The notes beneath the pieces are model-generated. The model was not told where the DNA came from and did not search any database. It was given only the letters and a program-made list of their open reading frames with translations. 64,000 nucleotides of DNA, from positions 47,444 through 111,443 of IMG/VR virus record IMGVR_UViG_3300014204_000129. The stretch is one strand, 5' to 3'. This document shows, piece by piece, positions 1-9,264 of the stretch (positions are counted from its first letter, which is position 1; every line of letters starts with the position of its first letter). Origin of the DNA: a virus. Taxonomy: Duplodnaviria > Caudoviricetes. The position numbers were made by a program, and so were the translations under genes.

Positions 1-82
1 CCTAAGGGCAGAATTGTTTCTGGTGAGTTTGTAGAGAAGGTAGCTAAGGATGAGTTCGCAATAGTTTGGAATAGGTGGCATA

Positions 83-2197
83 GTGGGCTGTACTCTTGGG
101 ATAATAATCCTTGGGTTTGGGTGTTTACGTTTAAGGCAAATAAGCGTGGACCCCACTGAGTGTAATAAACAATTACGGTATGCTGATGATGATCTAATTA
201 TAGGTGAATTTCTAGAGTGGTACTTTAATAACTCTATTAGACCAGGGAGTGTTATTTGTAACTGTTGTGGGGCAGGGCTAGAAGTAGAGAGTATTAACAA
301 TATACTGGCAAGATACCATCACATAGACCTAACCAGGCTCTCCCTAGAAAAGAAAGCTATACTGGAGTCTTTACGTAGTGTATGAGCAGCCTAGCTCTGA
401 GTGTAGAGTATGTAATGGTGCTGGCACTGTGGGCCGCTGGAGAAATAATGGCAAGTTTGTGCAACGGCGGTGCCCACACTGTAAAGGCTGTGGAAGATTA
501 TATTCATCTATGGCGCCTAGCACAGAGCCCGTGATATCTAGTAATGAGGAGGAACATGTACACCACCAATCGACTCAATAATATACCATGTGGTTCTATA
601 TTTAGAGTACCTGATGGTAACACTCTGATGGTTAAGCAGGGATATGTTACTGCCACTAACTCCTGGTACTGTAAAGGTGTTGATGGTAAAGGAGACTATT
701 TCTTCTCAGTAGAGAGTAATTATATGGTAGTTGTGCTAGATGTTAAGAAGGCTGTGGAGTTTGTAGAAGAGACTTGTGCAGCCTTTACATCTTCCATAGA
801 CCCCCTTGCGCTTTGGTATCGTATAGATAGCCTTGTAAAGGAGCTAAACTATGATAGATTCCACACTGTTTAGGGTGATCGCTCGAACATCAGAGCTTGT
901 ATATATAGATTTAATTGGGATGGATAGGGTCGTAAGGTATCCACAGCCACTATATGATTCTCTCATCAAGGATAAGCTCTATATAGGTAGATTTGATAGT
1001 GATACGCAGTTTATTACCGATATCAAAAGTGCCCCTGAGCCAGACCCCAATGATGGGATGACTATGATGTATCCAAGTACTAATATCGAAGTAGGGAACA
1101 CCTGGGAGTGCTCATTACTATATAATATTCTAAAGAGTCTACACAATAGATGTGGGTTTACAGAGTGGTGGATGGACATTGACCCTGTAATCCAAGAAGA
1201 GATCATTAATGATCTTATATATATTATACGTTAATATAATATTATTATTAGTAATCATTATTATTAGAGGGGTGCTTAGTTTATGTATAAAGTGACATTG
1301 CACACAGGGGTGATTACCCCACAGAAGTTAGGAAAGTATACCTGGTTATCATTTAGTACTGAGGCCCCATTTATTGGTCAGGGCATGGTTATTGGACCAG
1401 ATGATGCGGAAATTACCATAGAGGAGTGGGGGTACAGAGACGGAGAATTATGGGGTAACGGTAGGAACGAAAGCTCTAAGCTTTGCTCTACATTAGAAGA
1501 ATATAATAATGAGATACAATACTTTGTAGATCGTGGTTGGAAGATAGATTACGAATTTAATATAAGGTAGAGATTTTATATACTATAATGGTTGAATAAA
1601 GGTTGAATCAACTATAATAGTTGGGGGGATAAATGTATTTAGTAACTAAGGTTGACAGATGCTTCTATTGCTCGGCTGTGCACCACGTATTTTGTAGTTA
1701 TAGACTTTCCTGTACGCATCCTAAGCATCCACTGTATTCAGCTATTGATAGGAGCACCCCTGGCCTTGTAGAGTCTGACCTACAGAGAGATTGTCCACTG
1801 GTGAATATAGGGGAGGCCATTGCTAAGGCTTTTAATCAGCCTAAGATTATGGCTGAGGCATATAATGATATTATAAGGGGGTTGGCTATCAATGAACATT
1901 GAACTTGTTTCTTATAGTAACGTAGCATCCTTCAAGCTGCACCAAGCAGGATTAATCTTTTGTCTAGCACGTATAAATAGTTTTTGTAATGAGTGTGAAC
2001 TAACAGCCCAGGATATGGGCTACCCACATGTACACTTTAAGCTTATAGAATCTGTTGATGATCAGACATATCTTGTAGAAAGTACTCAGCCAACAGAGAT
2101 ATCAGTTAGGATAGTAATGAGTATTATTGAAGAGACGGTTAAGAGACTTGAGTATGCTAGAGATATGAAGCGAAAGCTTGGGCTGTTTAGATGTTAA
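83..2197 (+). CDS. Block of 7 small hypothetical phage ORFs (83-385, 378-581 CxxCxGxG zinc finger, 544-873, 851-1234, 1283-1570, 1633-1902, 1892-2197)
   Basis: Abutting or overlapping ORFs with SD-like motifs (GAGGAGG, AAGGAG, GGGGG); 378-581 has two CxxCxGxG repeats. Confidence 0.7.
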
Positions 2198-2200
2198 GAA

Positions 2201-2230
2201 GGGGTAGGGGGGAGTAATCCCCCCTATCTT
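2201..2230. terminator. Hairpin between convergent transcription units, probable bidirectional terminator
   Basis: GGGTAGGGGGGA-GTAA-TCCCCCCTATCT stem-loop between the + block and the - block. Confidence 0.7.
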
Positions 2231-2900
2231 ATCTTACCGGAGGAGGTACTGGATTAGAGTGCATAGATAGAGGTCGTGGCCTGTCGCTGTTCCATTGTCG
2301 AAGTACTAATCGTATATTGATAGTTGTGGATTGGCTGTAGTCAAGCTGCAACTCTGGGGCATTATAGAACTCTTGGTAGGACTGCCCAGAGAGTCCTGTG
2401 CCCCCACCAACTGCATGAGAACTAAATCCATAGCAACCAACATCACCCACTGTACCTTGTGGCCCAGTATTACCCGTGCTACTAGTGTAGAATACTGTGG
2501 GCCTTTCCCACCAGTAGTCATAATCATTCCACCTATGAATAACTGGCGGTCTCGGATCTGTAAATCCTCTAATGTACCGAACAGAAGGAACAAACTCCAC
2601 GCTAATTACTCCACTTAGATAATCCTCACTATTTATCCCCGCCTCAGCAGCCTCACTAGTTCCATGAGCATAGAATGTAAACCTTCCATCATCCTCAGCA
2701 GGTCTCTCTATCCGTATACTTCCATAACTATTAATTCTCCAAGTACCCACTTCCTGCCCATCAATTGTGACCTTGGCGTCACAAGCTTCTGCACGCTGAT
2801 TACCAAGGATTAGGGCATATTTCTGCCTATGAGCGAGTTCTACATACCCGCTACGCTCTTTACCACCTTCAACACGAACACTAAATCCATTGAGTAACAT
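2229..2900 (-). CDS. Hypothetical protein, beta-rich N-domain with low-complexity linker
   Basis: 223 aa ORF, AAGGAG SD, own consensus promoter. Confidence 0.7.
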   Translation of the reverse strand: MLLNGFSVRVEGGKERSGYVELAHRQKYALILGNQRAEACDAKVTIDGQEVGTWRINSYGSIRIERPAEDDGRFTFYAHGTSEAAEAGINSEDYLSGVISVEFVPSVRYIRGFTDPRPPVIHRWNDYDYWWERPTVFYTSSTGNTGPQGTVGDVGCYGFSSHAVGGGTGLSGQSYQEFYNAPELQLDYSQSTTINIRLVLRQWNSDRPRPLSMHSNPVPPPVR

Positions 2901-2954
2901 TATATTCTCCTTGGGTGGCGAGATTAGATTTGACTGCCACCGTCAACACCTTAT

Positions 2955-2983
2955 ATTATACCACTACTTCAGCGGTTTGTCAA
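2955..2983 (-). promoter_or_regulatory. Sigma70-type promoter
   Basis: TTGACA-17 nt-TATAAT with TG extension on the minus strand. Confidence 0.8.
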
Positions 2984-3275
2984 GTTCCTTATAACCATGC
3001 AGGGTTTGTGCTGTGATTACCGTTGCAAACGCAATTGCAAACAGCTCTTCTAACCAGCCACGCCAGCTCACAGGCCCTACTACATACAACATACCCACTG
3101 CTAACATATATCCAAGGACAGCATACAGTACCGCTACCACAAAAGATGCGGTGCGCTTATCTGCGCTACTGAAGCGCTCGAACCATTTCACACGTTTTAC
3201 CGTGTTATAGGCCAGTATGCCAGCCCCCGGACCACCGAACAACCATTTCAATGCCAATTCCAATGTCATCTTCAT
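2964..3275 (-). CDS. Membrane protein, holin candidate
   Basis: 2-3 hydrophobic helices, charged C-terminus, near lysis genes. Confidence 0.5.
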   Translation of the reverse strand: MKMTLELALKWLFGGPGAGILAYNTVKRVKWFERFSSADKRTASFVVAVLYAVLGYMLAVGMLYVVGPVSWRGWLEELFAIAFATVITAQTLHGYKELDKPLK

Positions 3276-3282
3276 CTCCTAG

Positions 3283-3333
3283 TGTCGGTATTAATCCATA
3301 AGGGGTTAATATCTATATGGATTTATACCGACA
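3283..3333. repeat. 18-bp inverted-repeat unit, locus A
   Basis: TGTCGGTATTAATCCATA (3283-3300), 15-nt spacer, TATGGATTTATACCGACA (3316-3333). Confidence 0.9.
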
Positions 3334-4075
3334 TTTGTATTAGCTCAAAAGGGATCACCTTATTTTTGACTATTCTCCACATGTTGCTAGTTAGTGCTAC
3401 CTCTTCCTTAATCTTATTCCACATTGCTTCGTCAGTAGTATAGTATACTTTGTCAAACTTAGCATTCCATCTGGTCTCAACACCAAGCTTATTAATCAAT
3501 AAAACATACTCAGTGATAGGAAGATCTGTAATGAACTTAGCAGTGGAGTCTTCGGGCACCTTATCCATCTCTACTTCTTCTTTAGTACCTGTATTATCTT
3601 TTTCTACTTTAGGACGGGGGAAGTTACTTGAGAACCTGATCCTCTCCGCAGTAGGAGTGGTCAGTGCCTCTTTTGAGAACTTCTTAATATCATTAAGGTC
3701 AACAGATATTATATTATATCCACCTAGTAGTGCTGTGTAACCCGTAAAGGTCACCCACACAAGATCATTCTCTTGCGGGAATATAGCACACGGCGCATCA
3801 TGTCTACGGAACTTAGTAGCCAAAGCCTCTCGCTTACTCTTCGGCACTCGTGCATATACAATATCTTGTTGAGTTAATAATGAGGCGCTGGTTAGTACTT
3901 CTGTAGTCTTCACTAATCTATAATTACCACAGATAGGACAATCTCGTCTACCACAGTATAACTTTACTGCTAGGCTAGGACCGAACATAGTATGTGTACC
4001 ACAAGGCTTAACTCGCTGCCCTGGGCACTTATCAATCTGCTCTCGTATTTCTTTGTGCGGATGCTCTATATTCAT
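3323..4075 (-). CDS. Cys-motif protein (CGRRDCPIC), possible replication or DNA-binding protein
   Basis: C...CxxxxCPxC motif resembles zinc-binding N-termini of Rep-like proteins; function inferred only. Confidence 0.4.
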   Translation of the reverse strand: MNIEHPHKEIREQIDKCPGQRVKPCGTHTMFGPSLAVKLYCGRRDCPICGNYRLVKTTEVLTSASLLTQQDIVYARVPKSKREALATKFRRHDAPCAIFPQENDLVWVTFTGYTALLGGYNIISVDLNDIKKFSKEALTTPTAERIRFSSNFPRPKVEKDNTGTKEEVEMDKVPEDSTAKFITDLPITEYVLLINKLGVETRWNAKFDKVYYTTDEAMWNKIKEEVALTSNMWRIVKNKVIPFELIQMSV

Positions 4076-5406
4076 TAGTTATCTTTCTCTATCCAACGAA
4101 CATTGTTCCAATCGTTATACTTCACATAAGCAATAAACTGCTTGTCTCTTTCTTCTTCCTTACGGAATGCTTGACCGACATATACAATCCCATTATCTTC
4201 CAGGGTAAACTCTGGAGAAGCGGGCAGTCTGCCATCGCCTATATCCTTAGCTGCTTTCTCTAAGGCTGCCGCAGGGTTTAGCGGAATAATAACAGTCTGT
4301 GCTTTAGCCGCAATTCTATCTTCTAACATAGCACCTCTCTCTTGTACAGGACTAGATCTTAATATAGTACATAGAGGCAACTTGTCCATCTCATATATAG
4401 GACAATTACCCCATCCAGGTATCCTCCACCACGCATCTCGCTCAAACCCCTCATTCTTATTACCAAAGAGTCGATTAGATAATAGCCAGGGCATATTTGC
4501 CATATACCACTTTGGGTAACTTTTCATACTCTTTAATAATTCTACGTTAAGGTCACTTGCAGACCACTGCGTTAGCTCAGGATATCTAGAGTCCGCTTTA
4601 TTACCAGACCAGAAGCTACCTTCAGTAGCCATTACTGGTATAATATAGCCAAACATATCATAGAAAATCTTACCTACTGCTTCCCACTTACGAACGCAAT
4701 TACTAGCACCAGTGGGAGTGCCATCTTTATAGTAGTGTGTGTGTATGGTTTGTCCTGGGTGCTCTTTTTGGTTTATAGGGTCATCTGGGTAATTTATTGG
4801 GTGATTTAGCCCTGCCGGATGTACTGCAATCCAAGCATGATTTTTGAGAAAGGTAGTTGAGATATTTGGTATCTTTTTTAGGCTTGTTAAGAAGTTTATT
4901 AGGTATGTTATATCGTCGTAATTGCCACCGGGGCTTAGGGCATCAATAGCAGTCAGCCCACCGAGGCTAGCAATGTACTGTGCATCAGTATACCAGTCAT
5001 ACGCCTGTTTGTCAAATGTGGCTGTGGTCCATGTCGTTGGCCACGTCTCCCACTCTTCTACGAGATTAGGCTCATTATTACGTTCAAAGTATGCAACACC
5101 GAGGCTGCGAAGTAACTGTATGGAAGACTTCTGTTTTGGTTCTAATGTACCAGGGTTGGGTTTGGGGCGATACACACGGACAACGGGCATCATGCCCCAT
5201 TTAAATGCTACTCTGCAAGCATTATAGGATGTCCCATCTACGTCAAGGAACTTTATCCAGGTTATCCCCATACTACGTAAATCTTGTAGCATGCTATCAA
5301 ATAACCCTTCATTCTCTCCTAGTGGGTAGTACGCATTAGCCCCAGCATGTACTCCTACTCCAGTATCATAGTAAGGTCTAGGGTACTTTATAGCATCAAA
5401 GTCCAT
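4075..5406 (-). CDS. Glycoside-hydrolase-like TIM-barrel protein with C-terminal accessory domain
   Basis: NEPN acid/base motif, later ATEG nucleophile-like motif, WIAVH; adjacent to amidase. Confidence 0.6.
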   Translation of the reverse strand: MDFDAIKYPRPYYDTGVGVHAGANAYYPLGENEGLFDSMLQDLRSMGITWIKFLDVDGTSYNACRVAFKWGMMPVVRVYRPKPNPGTLEPKQKSSIQLLRSLGVAYFERNNEPNLVEEWETWPTTWTTATFDKQAYDWYTDAQYIASLGGLTAIDALSPGGNYDDITYLINFLTSLKKIPNISTTFLKNHAWIAVHPAGLNHPINYPDDPINQKEHPGQTIHTHYYKDGTPTGASNCVRKWEAVGKIFYDMFGYIIPVMATEGSFWSGNKADSRYPELTQWSASDLNVELLKSMKSYPKWYMANMPWLLSNRLFGNKNEGFERDAWWRIPGWGNCPIYEMDKLPLCTILRSSPVQERGAMLEDRIAAKAQTVIIPLNPAAALEKAAKDIGDGRLPASPEFTLEDNGIVYVGQAFRKEEERDKQFIAYVKYNDWNNVRWIEKDN

Positions 5407-6038
5407 TATAAACTCTTTTCTAGCGCTGCTAGTGGTGTAATAACCTTATCAACAAGATTGAGTCTCATAGCTTTTAGTTCATCATTTAAATTCATTTTCT
5501 CTAGTGTACGTACTACTTCCTCGGCATTCCAACGAACAGATGTAATTACTGATTTGTTATTATCACTAAGTAATTCCATAATCATCTTATTGGTAAATGC
5601 TTTACCGGGGCAGGCAGTGTTTGCACGGGGGGCCTGTCTATGCCCAATCACCTTGCTAATCCCATGATCTAATTGCAATAGATGCACTAATCCACGCGCT
5701 GCGGCCAGTTGAGTATCATTAGGGGGTGCCTCAGTAAAATCCCCTAATAAGCATATACCAATGCCAGTAGTATTACTGCCGTGGCCATGCCAGGTCAGAT
5801 CATATACATCATTAGTCTGATAGACATTCCCATTACCATCAATGACATAATGGTATGCAATGCTAATATCTCCCTTTTCTCTTATATGATAATTAGCAAT
5901 GTTCTTCAGGTGCTGTAGTGTGCCTTCTTTAGGCAGGCTGGGCCCGACACTATGGTGAATTACTGCTGTGTCTACTTCAGTTCGTCTCTCCCATTTACCT
6001 TTCCTCGGCATGTCACTTATAACATTTATAATATTCAT
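5406..6038 (-). CDS. N-acetylmuramoyl-L-alanine amidase (Amidase_2/PGRP-like endolysin)
   Basis: VIHHS, IAYHYVI, TWHG, IGICLLGDF, IGHR, TACPG motifs. Confidence 0.9.
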   Translation of the reverse strand: MNIINVISDMPRKGKWERRTEVDTAVIHHSVGPSLPKEGTLQHLKNIANYHIREKGDISIAYHYVIDGNGNVYQTNDVYDLTWHGHGSNTTGIGICLLGDFTEAPPNDTQLAAARGLVHLLQLDHGISKVIGHRQAPRANTACPGKAFTNKMIMELLSDNNKSVITSVRWNAEEVVRTLEKMNLNDELKAMRLNLVDKVITPLAALEKSL

Positions 6039-6042
6039 ATCA

Positions 6043-6234
6043 TTAATTACCGATCTTTACAGTACCTAAGTTGGGTAGTATACCAAATACAGATAATATC
6101 CATAGACATACAAGTACAATTACAACTATATTTACAATCTTCTTCATTGTGGCCTGCATGGGAATATAAGTATTAACAACCCACAACAGTACCCCAATGA
6201 CAATAAGTGTAACTAGTAAAGAAATAACTGACAT
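6043..6234 (-). CDS. Small two-helix membrane protein (Thivi_2564-like)
   Basis: LLVTLIVIGVLLWVVNTYIPM...KIVNIVVIVLVCLWIL pattern. Confidence 0.65.
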   Translation of the reverse strand: MSVISLLVTLIVIGVLLWVVNTYIPMQATMKKIVNIVVIVLVCLWILSVFGILPNLGTVKIGN

Positions 6235-6245
6235 AAAACTACTCC

Positions 6246-6623
6246 TTATATAAACTTCAGTACAACACCTATAACCATACTTAATATAGTAATACCAATA
6301 CCAAAGGCCCAGATTCTACCTTCGATATTTGATTGAAACTTCTCAAGATCCCGTAGTCGTTTATCAATCGAGATCATCTGTACATCTATTAAGTCTCGTC
6401 TGGCAAAGGCCATTGCTTGGTCTTGCATCTGAGCTCGGAATTCGTTGAGGAGATCTAGTCTCCTTTCCTGTGCAACTAGAGCCACAGCAAGTGCCTTTTC
6501 TGACGATAGAAACTTTGAGTCTACGATGGCTCTCAACTGCTCTAGACTGCCATATAGAGCAGCCATTCTGGCATCACAAAAGTCACGATATGTTACTTGA
6601 TAACTGGAATCTGGTGTACTCAT
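6246..6623 (-). CDS. Coiled-coil protein with C-terminal TM helix (lysis region)
   Basis: Helical body with a hydrophobic C-terminal anchor. Confidence 0.55.
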   Translation of the reverse strand: MSTPDSSYQVTYRDFCDARMAALYGSLEQLRAIVDSKFLSSEKALAVALVAQERRLDLLNEFRAQMQDQAMAFARRDLIDVQMISIDKRLRDLEKFQSNIEGRIWAFGIGITILSMVIGVVLKFI

Positions 6624-6647
6624 TACCTTCTCTCTAATTCAATAAGA

Positions 6648-7509
6648 TTAAAACTCACTATCGTATACAAAGAAATGAACCTCAGCAGCGGCCTGACCAG
6701 CACCCGTACTATACCATCTGCAATACCAATCACCACTACTTGTAGTATTTATATTAATATAATATACACCAGTACCTGTTCGTATAATCTGCCCGCCAAC
6801 ACCATAGATGTATGTGGTGTCTACTTTAGCAGGAGTCTGTACTTGTGCAGAGACTACTGTTGGATCAATAACGGTACCTGTGCTATCTTTAAACGTAGCC
6901 GTAACCTTTATTAAATTACCCTTATAATATCTATTCATGCTTGTTCATCCACAAGAGTTACTGTACTATTACTAATATTAGTTAATGTTATTGTAGAGGA
7001 GGAGCTGTCTACAACTGTAATAGTTATAGGAGAGTCAAAGGCTGTAATGACTGGGGTCTTCATAGAGACATCTACAATACTGCAAGGAACAATTACTGTC
7101 ATTCTATTGTCACCGTACAAATCCCACTAGCATTCCATACTATCTTAAACTCTTCACTGGTAGCTGTAACATTAGCCCCAAAATCAACATAGAACAGAAG
7201 GTTAGAGGATGTATATGCTACTGCATACCTAGCAGTGAAAGAGGAGCTTGGCCAGCTTACATCATCAGCATCTAAGGTAACAACTTTGGCGAGGTAAGCA
7301 ACTGTGCAGTTGTCAAGGACTGCCCCACCTACTGTATACCCACTGCCAGCAGCAAGCTCGCCCTCAATATCCACATATTCTATGTCACCATCTTGAGAAG
7401 GTGTATATGTATTATCGCATAGTGCTACCTTTATAGTGTCATTCTCAAAGTCTACACTATGATCTAATATACTCTCTATACCCGCCCCATACCATTTTAT
7501 AGTAACCAT
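6648..7509 (-). CDS. Three small beta-rich putative virion proteins (6648-6938, 6935-7120, 7099-7509)
   Basis: Ig-like pattern (TGTGVYY..W..RW) and DTIKVAL..YTP..GY..GG..L motif typical of minor tail proteins. Confidence 0.5.
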
Positions 7510-7709
7510 TACTTATTACAATCCGTTATAGTATCAACTAACTCATTTCTATTAACCTTAGCAATCTTACACCAGTACTCACAATTATTATCAGTCAATA
7601 AGAACTCCTTAGCACGATGCTTAGCTGCCTTAGTTCCATAAAGCAGGTCAGCTACAGCAGTAGCAAGTACTCCTTTTGCCAATTCTTCCACAGACACTTT
7701 ATTCTCCAA
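7509..7709 (-). CDS. Hypothetical protein
   Basis: 66 aa ORF overlapping neighbours, GGAG SD. Confidence 0.6.
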   Translation of the reverse strand: MENKVSVEELAKGVLATAVADLLYGTKAAKHRAKEFLLTDNNCEYWCKIAKVNRNELVDTITDCNK

Positions 7710-8409
7710 GCTTAGCTAGAGTTTCCCAATCTGACCACTGATCTAGTTGCCAAGCATAACTATCTCTAAGTATTACCGCTCCATTACACATTATAGGATT
7801 ATTAGTTGGTTGTATAATATCATACTCAAGTTCACCAGCACAGGTTCCTATTACCATACCTACATATTTACCACTGATATCCTGTGTCTTTGCAATAAGA
7901 TGCATATGACCAGCAATTACATTACATTGATACTTTGCACAATATTGCGCAATCAACCCACCTGGATTAGGGCGGGAGTAGTTACCTGGATGACATATCA
8001 TCCATGAACCATCTTCTGTCATTGCATAGTACATTCTTGAAAATGATACACGATCAGATGTTGTAACCAGACGCTTGAGACGATCTTGTGATATCTGATC
8101 CTTACCCAGGCGTTTATATAGTCGCTCTTCATGGTTGCCCATGAGCCACAGTATAGAAGGAAAGTCTGCTAGTGTTACATCTGTTATATGTTCAGCAGCC
8201 GCTAATCCCTGTTCTATTATCTTACTCTCATCATATATGTAAGAAGAGTATTGTTCTAAATCTAATAGATCACCTAGTATTACCACATTATTAATTCCCC
8301 AGGACTTTGCTAACTTTACAACCCTATCTATAAACTCATTGTTTTGATAAGGACAGTGTAGGTCAGCTAGTACCAGGGTTGAGTTAGGAACGGTTGGAGG
8401 AACTAACAC
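7699..8409 (-). CDS. Calcineurin-like metallophosphoesterase
   Basis: DLH, GDLLD, GNHE, GHMH motifs. Confidence 0.9.
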   Translation of the reverse strand: MLVPPTVPNSTLVLADLHCPYQNNEFIDRVVKLAKSWGINNVVILGDLLDLEQYSSYIYDESKIIEQGLAAAEHITDVTLADFPSILWLMGNHEERLYKRLGKDQISQDRLKRLVTTSDRVSFSRMYYAMTEDGSWMICHPGNYSRPNPGGLIAQYCAKYQCNVIAGHMHLIAKTQDISGKYVGMVIGTCAGELEYDIIQPTNNPIMCNGAVILRDSYAWQLDQWSDWETLAKLGE

Positions 8410-8733
8410 TTATTCCCCCAACCCTATATCAAGTTTAGCGCATAAATCTACTACATCAGTATGTACAGGGATATTCTTACTATTATTAATAGTCTCCTTA
8501 ATAAATACTATAAGATTATCATCTATTGAGTGGTCCGATGCACTTGGGTTTGTCCAGGTCATACTACCATCACTACTAATAATAAGGCCCAGTCTACTCT
8601 TTTCTTCTTCAGTAAACTCTAATATATCAATAACTTTTAGTGCTTTATTAACAGTCCGTAGGTCACCACGGGTACCGGATAGGATGTTAAGTATCAGCGC
8701 TCGTTGCCATGTTGTTAGTGTAATTGTTTTCAT
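8410..8733 (-). CDS. Hypothetical protein
   Basis: 107 aa ORF with GAGG SD and an upstream promoter. Confidence 0.65.
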   Translation of the reverse strand: MKTITLTTWQRALILNILSGTRGDLRTVNKALKVIDILEFTEEEKSRLGLIISSDGSMTWTNPSASDHSIDDNLIVFIKETINNSKNIPVHTDVVDLCAKLDIGLGE

Positions 8734-8750
8734 TCTACCTCACTGCTTCT

Positions 8751-8779
8751 ATTATACCACATCTGTGCAACAGGCGCAA
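8751..8779 (-). promoter_or_regulatory. Promoter with GATGTG-N-TATAAT motif
   Basis: TTGCGC-17 nt-TATAAT, extended -10. Confidence 0.65.
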
Positions 8780-8783
8780 GATG

Positions 8784-8891
8784 CTACTTCTTATCCTTTT
8801 TCTTCTTATCCTTATCATCCTTAGATTTGTTATCCTTAGATTTACTATCCTTCGATTTATCCAACCACGGCGGCAATGTCTTCTTCTTCAT
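8784..8891 (-). CDS. 35-aa Lys/Asp-rich peptide (MKKKTLPPWLDKSKD...), not in the ORF track
   Basis: Hand-translated; AGGAG SD; TAG stop at 8784-8786. Confidence 0.7.
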   Translation of the reverse strand: MKKKTLPPWLDKSKDSKSKDNKSKDDKDKKKKDKK

Positions 8892-8908
8892 AATATTCTC
8901 CTATATAC

Positions 8909-8931
8909 TATTATATCACATCCTGTCAAGA
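8909..8931 (-). promoter_or_regulatory. 23-bp promoter element, identical copy at 42193-42215
   Basis: TCTTGACAGGATGTGATATAATA on the minus strand. Confidence 0.8.
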
Positions 8932-8967
8932 CTTTTTCTTCTTCAGGCATACTATTTTCTCCTAGAT

Positions 8968-9141
8968 TTATGTTAAAGCCTCTTGTAGGCGTTTTAGAGA
9001 GACAGTAAGGGCTTCTAAGATCATTGTTAGATCTGCTAGTATTAATTCCACTTGCTCTCTATTATTGATATTTATGCACTTGACTTGTCCTGGGGGCCCT
9101 ATAGCTCCTTCATCTTTATCCCTAGATAATAGACATATCAT
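8968..9141 (-). CDS. 57-aa hypothetical protein, not in the ORF track
   Basis: MICLLSRDKDEGAIGPPGQ...; AGGAG SD; TAATG coupling with the upstream ORF. Confidence 0.55.
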   Translation of the reverse strand: MICLLSRDKDEGAIGPPGQVKCININNREQVELILADLTMILEALTVSLKRLQEALT

Positions 9142-9260
9142 TACTTTCTCCTAGATTTATGTCTACGTACTTTAGTACCATACTTACGAGCCCAACGCTT
9201 AGCAATCTTAGGGTGAAATTTGAACATATACTGCCGCTGCTTTTTAGATTTAAATGGCAT
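9141..9260 (-). CDS. 39-aa basic peptide MPFKSKKQRQYMFKFHPKIAKRWARKYG..., not in the ORF track
   Basis: Hand-translated; AGGAG SD; matches the MPFKS..Q..HP.IAKRW pattern of small phage proteins. Confidence 0.75.
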   Translation of the reverse strand: MPFKSKKQRQYMFKFHPKIAKRWARKYGTKVRRHKSRRK

Positions 9261-9264
9261 GGAA

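Noticed and set aside
1580-1620. Plus-strand promoter with GGTTGAAT and ACTATAAT duplications
   Set aside because: The -35/-10 spacing is 15 nt and the region is AT-rich, so it is too weak to call
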